Below, piece by piece: positions 1-12,789 of a DNA stretch of 62,000 nucleotides. The notes under the pieces were generated by a model. The model made no database searches. It was not told the DNA's origin and saw nothing but the letters and a program-made list of their open reading frames with translations. Each line of letters opens with the position of its first letter. Position 1 is the first letter of the stretch. Origin of the DNA: Chiloscyllium plagiosum (taxonomy: Eukaryota); NCBI RefSeq assembly GCF_004010195.1, contig NC_057718.1, forward strand, positions 37,132,337 to 37,194,336, read 5' to 3'. Made by a program: the position numbers and the translations under genes.

Positions 1-174
1 TTCTGGGGCAGAGCATTCCACACACCCACCATTCTCTGGGTGAAGACGTTTTTCCTCAACTCTGTTCTAAGTGGCCTACCCCTTATTTTTAAACTGTGTC
101 CTCTGGTTTGCGACTCACCCATCAGCGGAAAAATGCTTCCTACCTCGAGAGTGTCCAATCCTTTAATAATCTTA

Positions 175-390
175 GTTAAAAATCACACAACACCAGGTTA
201 TAGTCCAACAGGTTTAATTGGAAGCACACTAGCTTTCGGAGCGACGCTCCTTCATCAGGTGATAGTGATAGGAAGGAGCATCGCTCCGAAAGCTAGTGTG
301 CTTCCAATTAAACCTGTTGGACTATAACCTGGTGTTGTGTGAATTTTAACTTTGTACACCCCAGTCCAACACCGGCATCTCCAAATCATG
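175..390 (+). mobile_element. Penelope-like fold-back mini-insertion (family B) inside the CR1
   Basis: 79-bp inverted arms at 175-253 and 272-350, 40-nt tail at 351-390, exact 13-bp TSD tttaataatctta (162-174, 391-403). The same terminal sequence ends the GIY-YIG-bearing element at 61030-61149. Confidence 0.9.
227..261 (-). ncRNA. Minimal hammerhead-ribozyme-like motif (PLE family B)
   Basis: Reverse complement reads CAC-CUGAUGA-A-GGAGC(GUC)GCUCC-GAAA-GC-UA-GUG: 3-bp stem I, 5-bp stem II, palindromic AGCU in place of stem III. Activity is not shown. Confidence 0.7.
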
Positions 391-1368
391 TTTAATAATC
401 TTATACATCTCAATCAGATCCCCTCTCAGCCTTCTAAACTCAAGCGTATACAAGCCCAGTCGCTCCAATCTTTCAGCGTAAGATAGTCCCCCCATTCCGG
501 GAATTGACCTCGTAAACCTACGCTGCACTCCCTCAATAGCCAGAATGTCTTTCCTCAAATTTGGAGACCAAAACTGTGAACAATATTCCAGGTGTGGTCT
601 CACCAGGGCCCTGTACAGCCGCAGAAGGACCTCTTTGCTTCTATACTCAAATCCTCTTGTTATGAAGGCTAGCATGCTATTAGTTTTCTTCACTGCCTGC
701 TGCACCTGCATGCTTGCTTTCATTGACTGATGTACAAGAACATCTAGATCTCGTTGTACTGCCCCTTTACCTAACTTGACTCCATTTAGGTAGTAATCTG
801 CCTTCCTGTTCTTGCCACCAAAGTGGATGATCACAGATTTATCCACATTAAACTGCATCTGCCATGCATCCGTCCACTCACCTAGCCTATCCAGGTCACC
901 CTGTATTTTCCTAACATCCTCCTCACACTTCACCCTGCCACCCAGCTTTGTGTCATCAGCAAATTTGCTAATATTACTTTTAATACCTTCATTTATATCA
1001 TTAATATACATTGTAAAAAGCTGCGGTACTAGCACTGATCTCTGAGGCACACCACTGGTCACCGCCTGCCATTCCGAAAAGGAGATGTTTATCACTACTC
1101 TTTGTTTCCTGTCAGCCAACCAATTTTCAATCCATGTCAGTATTTTGCCCCGAATACCATGTGCCCTAATTTTGCTCACTAACCACCTATGTGGGACTTT
1201 ATCAAAGGCTGTCTGAAAGTCCAGGTATACTACATCCACTGGATCCCCCTTGTCAATCTTAAGAGTTACATCCTCAAAAAATTTCAGAAGATTAGTCAAG
1301 CATGATTTCCCTTTCATAAATCCATGCTGACTCTGACCTATCCTGTTACTGCTCTCCAGATGTGTCAT
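346..1368 (-). pseudogene. CR1 reverse transcriptase domain fragment; the last 14 aa read into the inserted PLE
   Basis: Non-LTR RT motifs are in the ORF track. The terminal HDLEMPVLDWGVQS is translated from the 175-390 insertion, not from CR1. Confidence 0.93.
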
Positions 1369-4300
1369 AATTTTGTCCTTTAATTGACTCCAGCATTTTT
1401 CCTACCACTGAGGTCAGACTAACTGGTCAGACTGAATATCTATAATTCTCTGTTTTCTCTCTCCCTCCTTTCTTAAAAAGTGGGACAACATTAGCCACCC
1501 TCCAATCCACAGGAACTGATCCTGAATCTATAGAACATTGGAAAATGATCACCAATGCATCCATGATTTCTAGAGCCACCTCCTTCAGTACCCTGGAATG
1601 CAGACCATCAGATCCCGGGGACTTATCAGCCTTCAGACCTAACAGTCTCTCCAAGACCATTTCCTGCCTAATATAAATTCCCTTCAGTTCAGGTCCTTCA
1701 GCCACTATTACATCTGGGAGATTGCTCGTGTCTCCCCCAGTGAAGACAGATCTAAAGTACCAATTCAAGTCTCCTGCCATTTCTTTGTTCCCCGTAATAA
1801 ATTTACCCGTTTCTGTCTTCAAGGGCCCAATTTTAGTTTTAACCATTTTTTTTCTTTTCAATACCTAAAAAAGCCTTTACTATCCTCCTTTATATTTTTG
1901 GCCAGTTTACCTTCGTACCTTGTTTTTTCTTTGCGTATTTCCTTTTTAGTGATCCTCTGTTGTTCTTTAAAAGCTTCCCAGTCCTCCGATTTCCCACTCA
2001 CCTTTGCTATGTTGTACTTTTTCCCTTTTGTCTTTTTATGGTCCTTAACTTCCCTCGTCAGCCATGTCCACCCCTGCCTCCCCTTAGGATCTTTCTTCCT
2101 TTTTGGAATGAACTGATCCTGTACCTTCTGCATTATACCCAGAAATACCTGCCATTGTTGTTCCACTGCCATCTCTGCTCGGGATTGCACCATTGAACTT
2201 TGGCCAGCTCCTCCCTCATAGCTCCATAGTTCCCCTTATTCAACTGAAATATTGTCACTTCCGATTCTACCCTCTCCCTTTCAAACTGCAGATTAAAGCT
2301 TATTGTATTGTGGTCACTACCTCCTAATGGCTCCTCTACTTTGAGGTCCCTGATCAAATCCGGTTCTTTGCACAACACCAGATCCAGAATTGCTTTCTCC
2401 CTGGTAGGCTCCAGCACAAGCTGTTCTAAGAATCCATCTCGGAGGCACTCCACAAAGTCCCTTTCTTGGGGTCCAGTACCATCCTGATTCTCCCAGTCTA
2501 CCTGCATGTTGAAATCCCCCATAACAACTGTAGTAATATCTTTGCAACAGGTCAATTTCAGCTTCTTATTCAACGTACACACTACATCCAGGCTACTGTT
2601 TGGGGCCTGTGGATGACTCCCATTAGGGTCTTTCTACCCTTAGAATTTCTCAGCTCTATCCACACTGACTCTACATCCCCTGATTCTAGGTCCCCCACAC
2701 AATGGACTGAATATCATCCCTTACCAACATGGCCACCCCACCCCTTCTGCCAGTCAGTCTGTCCTTACAATAGCACGTATAGCCTTGAATATTCATTTCT
2801 CAAGCTCTATCCACTTGAAGCCACGTCTCAGTTATCCCCACAACATCATAACTGCCAATTTCCAAATGAGCCTCAAGCTCATCCACCTTATTTCTAATGC
2901 TTCGTGCATTCATACATAATATTTTTAATTTGTTACTCCCCTCAGCCTTCCTATCAATCCCTATTTCACTTGGCCTTATGGTATAATCCTTTTTTGAGTT
3001 TTCTGCTCCATTGATTCCGTTGTCCTTCCTGAACTTCTCTTTCCGCAGACTTTAAAATGCCTCCAAATCGTAGAAATTTTCTGCCTTGCAACATAGTTGT
3101 AAATTAAGCAGTTTGAATGTGCAGTTCCTGTCTTAAGGTTACCAACAAGCAAGATGCAGACACTGAGGCTATAGGTTCCTGGTCCCAGGCACTGAGGTTT
3201 TGGAGGTGAAGTTGATGGTGTTGGAGGGCTGATGAAATAGTGGAGCGCTGCTTCGGGATGCTTTTTGCAAAGGGCTTGTCAGCACAGCTGAAGCTATCAG
3301 CTCCAAAGGCAGGTCAGGGGCAATTGAAGCTGCTAGCTTCAGACCCTAATGACAGGACCACAGGAGCCGATAGTCTACAGCTATGCCAATGAACAGGCCT
3401 GCAAAGTGTTTTCCCTCCATTGCAATGGCTCTTCAGGCTTCACACCTCTGGAAGTAATATCGTGTGAGTGCAGACAGCTTGAGAGAGACTCATGCTGCAA
3501 ACCAATCTTGCCAAACCTGCCAATACTGCTGACCCTCTGATGGGACCTGCAGCATCCAGGGAAGTTGCAGTGGTTGGCACAATTGGTGGGGTCAGGGCCC
3601 TCATATGGGCCTGGCATTGGGATCCAGCTGTCACCAGAAAATCTAGCCCCAAGAGTGTTGCCTATATGTCGACATGCAAATCTTTCTTCTCAGTCTGTCA
3701 ATTATCAGTTTGTCTGTCCGTTGATGTTGTCCATCTCATAATGTGAACATATATAGAGCTATGGATTGTTTTAGTCTCTTGTTGCTAACTCTGCAGTGCC
3801 ATGATAAATCAAACAGTGCCATATTCCATGTCAAACAGCTTTCCACTTCTGTTACTCTGTAAACCCTTGAGATTAATGTGATCAGCCTGTAACTGTTTTG
3901 CTTCCCGGACTTGATTTACGAGGAACAGCAGTTCAGGGTGGAAATTAGTCACATTACTATCAGCATGAAGGCAGCTGTCTCAGTACGTTTGATAAAAGCA
4001 ACAGCTGAAGTAAAATTCTGTTTCTTGAAAACCATTCATACAACAAAATTGGTTACATGGAACAGGGTAAGTGGCTTCCAATGAAAGTATTCATCCAATT
4101 GTCCTCCAGATGTGATCATACAGTTAAAGTACATTTGTTGTGTGTATAAACATGTTCAAACTAGAAAACCATATCTTAAAATATAGTACATATCTGGAAA
4201 ATGCATGGTTTTAGTGATTTATATGACCAAATGCAATGACTTGCAGCACCTTTGTCTGTGTTTACCTCAAGACAATCAGTTTCTTTATTCCAATTCAGGT

Positions 4301-6011
4301 TCTGATATGCATTTGGCTCTGGTGAGCAGAGAAAGATGAGGACATCTTTATTGAAGGAGAAGCATTATTATCCTGGCAATAACCAGTATAGACGCAGGCT
4401 CCACGCGTAGGTCAGGGAGTAAGTGAGATGGGTCTAATGAAGATACACCCAGGTCTAGTGTACAGGAGCAAGGGCGGTGCATATAGATGACACAGGAAAT
4501 AACAAGAAGGAGCTCAGCAGTGAAGATGTGAACAATATAGCAGCAGACTGATTACATCAGCAACTCGTAGGTATTCTGAGTTGCTTGCTATTGAGCCTTG
4601 CTATGGAATAGTTGAACTCAACCAGTGTTGGAATCCTTTTACTGGCCAATGGAACAAATTGCACCAACAGCGGAGCAAGTTGTTAGCTAAGTCAGCACAG
4701 CTCACAGCTCACAGCTCACAGGAGCTGCTATTGGCAGCTTTTCCAGCTCTCCTGGAGCACTGCTGACACTATAGAGGAGGCACATTCTCTTCTTTCTCAA
4801 GGTAGCACCATGCCTGCTGCCCCAGCCACTGCTGTCTCAGTCACTACCTTTGGTGTTTTCTGTTTCTATTAAATTTGAGACATCTGCATTAGGTGGGCAG
4901 CAGCAGAAGGAACCCTGGCTGATTTCCTCCTTTCACTATTTGGACCAATTATTTTATGTACACAACTCAAGCATTTCAGGTCATGAACTCATCATTAAGT
5001 AAGGATTAAATCCAGAAATGTCCTGGTCTATGTAATTTGCTATCATAGCAGAACAATAACTAAAACTACTGAGACACTGTAAAAGTTGACCAGGGAATTT
5101 GTTTTACTTGTTGTATGACAATAATGCTCATTTATATATTTTCTACATGATAAAATACAATTAATTGCTTATTAATACAATAAAATGATGAGAGTATATT
5201 GGGGAGTTGAAGATGAGCCAAACTGTCAATGTCCTGTTGCAGTATCTACGGAGTTATGTTATCACTGCTTGATCATACTGACAACATTATGTAGAAAACA
5301 TGAAGAACATCATTCAGAAATGTTGGTGATTTCATCTCAGGCTTGGAGCCATAATATGTGAGAGCCCAACAGAATCACAGGAATATTCTTAATTTTTTTT
5401 GAAAACCTATTCCAACATGTCCAAAATCAGATGTGAAACATTGGCCAGTAACCAAGTGGAACTCAGGACTGAACCCTCGTTAACCGAATTCTACAATCTG
5501 ATATGTGCTCACTATTTTGAACTGGTCTGTAGAATTTGACATTTTCATTGCTGCTTTTATGATAATACAAATAGTCAACCAGATAAACAAAGGGGATCGA
5601 TGAGATTGTAGATCACAAATTGGGAAATGAGCCAATGAGAAATGAGGAACGGAGGATGTGGGAGAAGGTACTATATTTCATGCCTAAATTGTAACAGCTG
5701 TATCTTTTTCCCAGTTGCGTATAAACTGCATCCAATAATATGAATATACAGAGGCATGGAAACTAAACAAAAACTTTTCCATAAAACTGGCTCGGTTACT
5801 AATCATACTCCATAGCTTATGGAAACCATCTAAGAAGGAGTTTTCCATATTATGGAAATTTGGGCTTTTATGGATCTTTGAGCCATATTTTCATGCCATT
5901 GATGGAACCTCACATGCAGGCCTAGCCTACTTTCAAAGGTGCATTGCCAGAAATGTTCCATCCATTGGTGTGAATAGACAAAAAAATGCATCCTGCAACA
6001 TTTAGATAAAC

Positions 6012-6641
6012 AAGTAGAGTCGCAGGTAGATAGGATAGTGAAGAAGGCGTTTGATATGCTTTCCTTTATTGGTCAGAGTATTGAGTACAGGAGTTGGGAG
6101 GTCATGTTGCAGCTGTACAGGGTATTGGTTAGGCCGCTTTTGGAATATTGCGTGCAATTCTGGTCTCCTTCCTATTGGAAGGATGTTGTGAAACTTGAAA
6201 GGGTTCAGAAAAGATTTACAAGGATGGTGCCAGGTTTGGAGGATTTGAGCTATAGGAAGAGTTTAAATAGGCTGGGGCTGTTTTCCCTGGAGCATCAGAG
6301 ACTGAGGGATGACCTCAGCCACTTTATAAAATCATGAAGGGCATGAATAGGGTAAATAGACAAGGTCTTTTCCCTGGGGTGGGGGAGTCCAGAGACATAA
6401 GGGGCAACTTTTTTACACAGAGGCTGGTGCGTGTGTTGAATGGGCTGCCAGAGGAAGTGGTGGAGGCTCGTACAATTGCAACATTTAAAAGGCATCCAGG
6501 TGGGTATATGAAATGGAAGGGTTTTGAGGGATAGGGGCCAGGTGCTGACAGGTAGGACTAGATTGGGTTGGGATATCTGGTTGACATGGATGAGTTTGAC
6601 CGAAGGGTCTGTTTCCATGCTGTATATTTCTGTGACTCTAT
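6012..6641 (+). mobile_element. 5'-truncated HER1/CR1-type LINE 3' fragment
   Basis: ORFs 6038-6337 (LYRVLVRPLLEYCVQFWSP...LERVQKRFTRM) and 6334-6534 (NFFTQR...LPEEVVEA); 3' end gaagggtctgtttccatgctgta...tgactcta. Confidence 0.92.
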
Positions 6642-7025
6642 AATTGTCCAGCCTTACTGAGGTAATGGTCTGGACATCAAGTTATTCCAAGAGTCGCAAC
6701 AAAACTCAAAGATTTCAAAGAAGTACACAAAATTCCCCAATTAATTGATTGTTTGGACCCAGGATAACAGGAAGAACTGGCCAGGTCTCTGTACTTAACA
6801 AGAATTACTATCTATTACAAGTAATTAGACTCCAGGCACAGGTAAACAATTATGAACCATCAGTACATAACACTACTCGTTAAACCTCTAACCCCCTTAT
6901 ACATTCGCCATTATTTATACACACGCGAAAAAATCTTGAGTATTATGATCAGATAAAAACTACAAAAGTGCTTCAGTGATCTCTGTTCGCGTAATCTTTG
7001 CTGAAACTTGACTTCACATGTAAAA

Positions 7026-7300
7026 ATTAGATTATTTACAGTGTGGAAACAGGCCCTTTGGCCCAACAAGTCCACACTGACCCACTGAAGCGTAACTCAC
7101 CCAAACCCATTCTCCTACATTTACCCCTTCACCGATTTAGCATGGCCAATTCACCTGACCTGCACATTTTTGGATTGTGGGAGGAAACTGGAGGAAACTC
7201 ACACAGACACAGGGAGAATGTGCAACCTCCACACAGAGAGTCAACTGAGGTGGGAATTGAACCCGGGTCTCTGTGCCACCACTGTGCCACCATGCCACCC
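7026..7300 (-). mobile_element. HE1-type V-SINE with internal deletions
   Basis: Matches the other copies: central tgtggaggttgcacattctccctgtgtctg and LINE-derived tail gggcctgtttccacactgta plus (taatc) on the minus strand. Confidence 0.88.
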
Positions 7301-8973
7301 ACAAACATGGTTCTTATACTGACTGGAATGCTGTTTTCCAGTCTTCCTTCTCTAGATGCATTCACTGATTTGCAAGAGACAAAAGTGGTTGATTGACAAT
7401 TCCAAAAGGTCTCCGACTTACTCCTTAAAAGTTCCTGCTTGCATAAACTGTTGAAGAGAAGACAAAGTGGTTTTCTTCAGGCTTAACATAGCTTTTACTG
7501 CAGAGAACAGAGAGAGCTGGCGGTGACCTGAAAGCTTCTCAATATCTTGTTCACAGTCACCAGTTTACAGACCAATCAGCTACTTGTTGCTAGCTGAGTC
7601 GCTATTTGTACATAACCCTCGGCTCCAGCTCATCTGCAAATTACACTTCAACTATAGCTTAAACAAGTAACTATGGAAAATGACTGTTATAATGAGTGAT
7701 GGGATGCTTGCCTTCAAAAGTGCAGTAATTATTTATCAATCTTTGGTTTTTAAAACAGTTATTTTCCAATTTAAGTCCACAATTAAAAATACAGAAAATT
7801 AAAGCCATAGGCGTTACACAGCTGTTTGAGTATAATGGCTCATGGGTGACACAAAGCATTGGAAATGTAGCTGTGTGTGTTCATTCAGTGAAGGAAGGGA
7901 AACCCATTAGTTTCCCTTTAGCATTCTCTCACTAGTTACCATTCTCATTCAACTTTGAACTGATCAGAAGTTCACAATTTAATGACTGAAAACAGAAAAT
8001 TAGCCTTATTGTGATTCTATAAAATAACACTTCCACTCATGTGGAAGCTTTAGCTCTATGTTGAAAAAATCAAATGGAATAACTTGTCTCACTAAACAAA
8101 GAGGCCAATTTCTTTGTGCAGGAAATAAGGACTAAGCAGATTATGATGTTGGGCTTTTGCCTAACACATCCCTATCTTTAGGTGTAAAATCAAGCTTCAA
8201 AGAAAAATAGCAGCAAGGAGTCAGGATCCTCAGAAAGGGAGTAAACAGACCAAGTAAATTCAACCGGGAACAAATGTTAATGTTTCAGGATGATATCGGA
8301 GGGTGCATTTAGATCTGCAGTTGTGTGACAGACATTCAGTTGGTCCAGATTTTCTGACAGCCAGACAATAATGCCTGCAGCGTGGATGGGAGTCGGATAT
8401 TGGATCTGTGTGGAATCCCCTACATTGCAGCCTCTGAGGGAATTACACGGCAAATAGAAGATTCAACTGGGCAATTTCCCTGCACTTGGAACTCTGAAAA
8501 TATCCACTTAAATCATAGAATTTGGAGGGTCCTGCTGCAGTTAAGTAAATAGTTAAGTAACAATTGAACTGAATTGATCTCCAGTATGCCACCCCCACTC
8601 CCAACTACACCTCACCCAGATCCTGGTCAGACACACCCCTCTTGGACCCAAACACCCCCAGCTACTAGACATCATATACCCCTCTCTAGAGATATGCCAC
8701 TCACCACCACCCCCAAATCCTGGGACACAACAACCCCATCCACAGCACCTCCTTTGCCCCACACCCCCAATATCCAGCCACCACCAACCTATTAACCCTA
8801 CCATCAGATCCACACCCCTGCAGGTCCAATGCCCCACTGGACCCAGCACACCTCATCTGTCGCTGGACATGACAGCCTGCCCCTGCCAGACCTGTTATCT
8901 CCTATTGACCCTGATGTCTCATGTTCACTCCATCATTTAACTGGTCCCCTTTGTTATCTGGTGCCTTACTTAT

Positions 8974-9032
8974 CTGGCACTATACCCATTCATCTGCCCA
9001 CTATACCCTGGCACTATACCCATTCATCTGCC
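8974..9032. repeat. 25-bp direct repeat within a C-rich low-complexity tract (~8580-9120)
   Basis: ctggcactatacccattcatctgcc occurs at 8974-8998 and 9008-9032. Confidence 0.85.
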
Positions 9033-10386
9033 AGCTTCTCCCTATCCACCTGGCACCCTGCTTCCTACTTACCTGGCACACAATCCTCCTGCTACCTCGC
9101 CCTCACACTTGCCTTTTGTGCTGAGTCTTTCATGGGGGCTGTCAAGGTTGCTGTCTGTGGTGTTGCACCTTTTGGTCCAGAGCATGGCAACTAACTGATG
9201 TGAAAAAATGGGAATTGTTTGCCTTCCCAAATGCCCTTCAATACAAGGTGGCTGTCAGAAAGAAAGTATGGCTCTGCATTTCTGAAGGAGTGGAACTCTT
9301 CTGTTACATTTAAAACAAAAAGTAGACTAGCAATCTGCATGTAATTGTCATTCGCTGGAAAATCTGGCACAATTTAACCAGTTTGAGACAGAAAGTCATG
9401 TGATGGAACATCAAACAGTATGCCCAACTAGACATAGCAATGTTCCATTAGCATTCAAGGGAAGTTGAAAAAGCAAGACTGAACATCCAATTTTCCTTTA
9501 CTTGTCGCGCCAAGATAATCTAACATGCCTGAGCATGCTATTAAGAACTACAAACCATAATCTCTTTATCCTACAGTCAAATATGTTAATTAACTATGCT
9601 CAACAATTTTCAAGTGTAATTTACTGACAGAAAAAAATTCCAACATGTAGAATTACATTGCCTTGATGTAGTCATGTCATGGTGTAGTTGATGTGGTCAT
9701 ATTAAAGATCTTTTATTGGTAGCAGGGATCAAATCTTTATTGATTTGCTTCTCCCCGAGCAACTCTCAGCTAAATTATGGCTGGATTTATCCACTTTCAA
9801 ATTAGGGACACCTATGCAAACACCAATAAACAGGACTGATCCTGCTATAGGTTAAATCACTATTGCAACATTTGAAAAACAGGGCGAAAAAAAACCCCAC
9901 AGAACTCAATTATTGATCACTATTTGTTCAAACCACAGAAATCATTAAAACCAGTAAGTCATTATTTTTGCTTTCCTAATAAACATGAATTAAGCAGCCG
10001 CTGATGAACAGCCACATTAGCACTTGAGAAATGCAGAAAGCTTTGAAGGCACATGGTTTTGGCATCTCCTGTCAGGACTAAGCTTGTTCAAAGATTTATT
10101 GTGGCTTTAATTTTCCATGGAATGAGTTTGGGAGTAAAAACCTTTTTTCCTCCTGTTGGGAGTCAGTGAGGCTGCTCTGGTCCCTGCCTTTAGATGGAGA
10201 AACATGCAAACCTTTCCTCAAAAATGCAGCATAGGGACAAACAGCGCTGTTGGGTTTATGAAAAACATGCCCATACAAACTAGAAGCAGACTTCAATTAT
10301 TACTCTGACTTGAATTATTAACAGAGCTGTTTCTGTCATGAAAAACCTTCACATATGAGGTGTAAACCATTCAGTTTCACAATGTT

Positions 10387-11372
10387 GAGAGTGTGGTGCT
10401 GGAAAATCACAGCAGGTCAGGCCGCATCTGAGGAGCAGGAGAATCAATGTTTCGGGCATAAGTCCTTCATCAGGAATGAGGCTTGTGGGCTGGAGGGCTG
10501 AGAGATATATGAGAGGGGAGTGGGGGTGGGGAGAGGGTAGCTGGGATGGTGATAGGTAGATGGAGGTGGGGGAGGAAGTGATAGATAGGAGAGGAGGGTG
10601 GAGCGGATAGACGGGAAAGGTGATGGAAAGGTCAGGAGGGCGGTGCCGAGTTGGAGGCTTGAGACTGGGATAACGTAGGGGAGGGGAAATGAGGAACATC
10701 TTTCATATGTTTCAGAGAACATTTCTGGGACACCCGCACTGACCAACCCCACCGTCTCGTGGCTGAATACTTCAACTCTCCCTCTCACTCGGCCAAGGAC
10801 ATGCTGGTCCTGGGCCTCCTCCATCACTGAATCCTTACCACTCATGGCCTGGGGGAAGAACACCTCATACTCCACCTTGGATAGTTTCAGAGAACATCTC
10901 TGGGACACCTGTACCAACTGATCCCACCATCCCGTGGCTAAACACTTCAACTTCCCCTCCCACTCGGCCAAGGACATGCAGGTGGGCCTCCTCCATCACC
11001 AAACCCTTATCACTTGACGCCTGGAGGAAGAACGCCTCATATTCCACCTTGGGTATCCCCTCCCTCCACATTATCCCAGTCCCAAGCCTCCAACTCGGCA
11101 CTGCCTTCCTGACCTGTCCATCACCTTTCCCATCTATCCGTTCCACCCTCCTCTCCTACCTATCACCTTCTCCCCCACCTTCATCTACCTATCGCATTCT
11201 CAGCAACTTACCCCCCTAGCCTCAACCCCGGCCATTTATCTCTCAGCCCCCCCAGCCCACAATGCCTGAAACGTTGATTCGCCTGCTCCTCGGATGCTGC
11301 CTGATCTGCTGTGCTTTTCCAGCAACACACTCTCCGCTCTGAACTCCAGCATCCGCAATCCTTATTTTCCCT
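10387..11372 (+). mobile_element. Truncated Penelope-like retroelement (family A) with 5' inverted arm and tandemly duplicated GIY-YIG C-terminal coding fragment
   Basis: Arm 10387-~10697 is the inverse of ~11058-11334. Segments 10709-10880 and 10884-11053 are direct duplicates translating FREHLWDT..PVAKHFN.PSHSAKDMQVGLL...RLEEERLIFHLG (with stops). 38-nt tail; 18-bp TSD with one mismatch (10369-10386, 11373-11390). Decayed hammerhead core at 10445-10474 (-). Confidence 0.88.
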
Positions 11373-12164
11373 ATTCAGTTTCACAGTGTTTGAGATTGTT
11401 GTGGGCACTATTCTCACTCTTCCAAAACCTTTTCAATGAATTGCTAATGGATATAGTTAATAAACATAAGAATTCTATTTGTAAAATCGTTATAAATATC
11501 ATAAATCAATAATTATAAGCATGAATAATATAAATACAATTAAATAGTTCATATAAATGTAATTCTTTTCTATGATTCGAAGAGCAAATTCCCTGATCAG
11601 GTACCTTCCAATGAAGGACAACATATGCAGTGAGTTTTGATTGTGAAATTCAGGACACCGGCTCTGAATTTTCCATCTGTTACACTGATGGAAAAGAACA
11701 GGGAAACACACAGTTTCACAACTCGGAATGCTGATCTTCCTGGAGACCATCCAACCATGAAATCGGCCCTCTCAAGCACAGCCTTACAAATTCAATTCGG
11801 CCCATTCCAGTAAGTACATGAGGGACTCAGGGGATCAGTAAGCTTTTCAGATTTCTTCCAGAATTAGCATCAGACAAACCTAAAAAAAAATGTGAGACCC
11901 AGAGGGATGTGCTACCATCTGTAAAACACATCTTTTCCACTCAGCCTGTCTAACAGCTGCCAGCCCCTCTCCCTGAGTTTGCGATTCTGCAAAGAAATTA
12001 TTCACCTTTCTGCATAGCTACTGACAGTCATCTACTGCTGAAGCTCAGCGCATTTTCAATCTTTGGCAAGGCAAACACAAAAATATAGAATAATTAAGGC
12101 TCAGGCCTAAAGCCACCCTCGCATCAAACCTAAAGAAGCTGCCAGCAAAGCTCATAAAGTGGGA

Positions 12165-12525
12165 TATTGTAATGTGCTTGTTATAATCCTGGATTAGTAT
12201 CTTAAAAATCATGGATTTGAATCTAACACTAGCCAGTTATGAGGCCACATTAACAATTCTGTTAATTTGTAGGCCACTTCCAGAGAAACAAAAATAGCAA
12301 TTTTTAAAATTATCAGATCATTCTAAAAGGAATGGGATAAATGTCTCTCAGCAAAATGAAACTGCCAACCAACTCTGATCCAGTCTACATTCTAGTGCAG
12401 GTTATGCAGTTAATTCTTAATACTCCCTCACCTGGATTAGTGAATCAGTCAGCTGTACAAACAGACACTAAGAACAAGTCTACTGTCAAATTCTTGGGGC
12501 AACTAAGGATGAGTGATAAATCTTA
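12165..12525 (+). mobile_element. Old, degenerate tRNA-derived SINE with ggcaattagggatggg-type 3' tail
   Basis: Colinear weak similarity to 27931-28290 and 57346-58400; ends ggggcaactaaggatgagtgataaat. Confidence 0.5.
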
Positions 12526-12789
12526 CTAAAGGAAGTTATATTTACATCCTGAGAGCATATTTTTAAAATTCATTTCACCGAATGGCTGTTGATTATAAAA
12601 AAGTTATCTTTTCTCAGTTGATAACATTTTTCTTTTGTGTCGAACAATATATCTATCTCTTCACTTCAAAACCTGATACATTAGGCACAATGGAGACAAA
12701 TGACATGCAAAATAAAAGCCAAGGATAAACAGTGTGTTGGGTCCTGAACAGAAAGTGCATAGATTAGAAATAGACCTTACTACAGTCGA

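Larger units (their letters stand above)
1..3040 (-). mobile_element. CR1-clade LINE with near-complete but disrupted ORF2 (APE endonuclease + reverse transcriptase); 3' end runs off the window start
   Basis: Minus-strand pieces in the correct order: MNARSIRNK and ITETWL (APE N-term, ~2800-2920); VMGDFN, ILDLVL and SDHN (ORF 2133-2582); KSPGSDGLH and VPVDWRVANVVPLFKKG (1427-1861); QHGFMKGKSCLTNL, YLDF..AFDKVPH, GVPQ, FADD (346-1368); FTQRMVGVWNALPQ (1-60). Frameshifts or stops lie between the pieces. The 5' boundary is approximate. Confidence 0.95.

Noticed and set aside
4430..4500. Possible Harbinger transposase remnant (RYTPGLVYRS); also a GYPL-like stretch near 52030-52060 (-)
   Set aside because: Only a few residues of resemblance, with stops or frameshifts; cannot be supported without a search.
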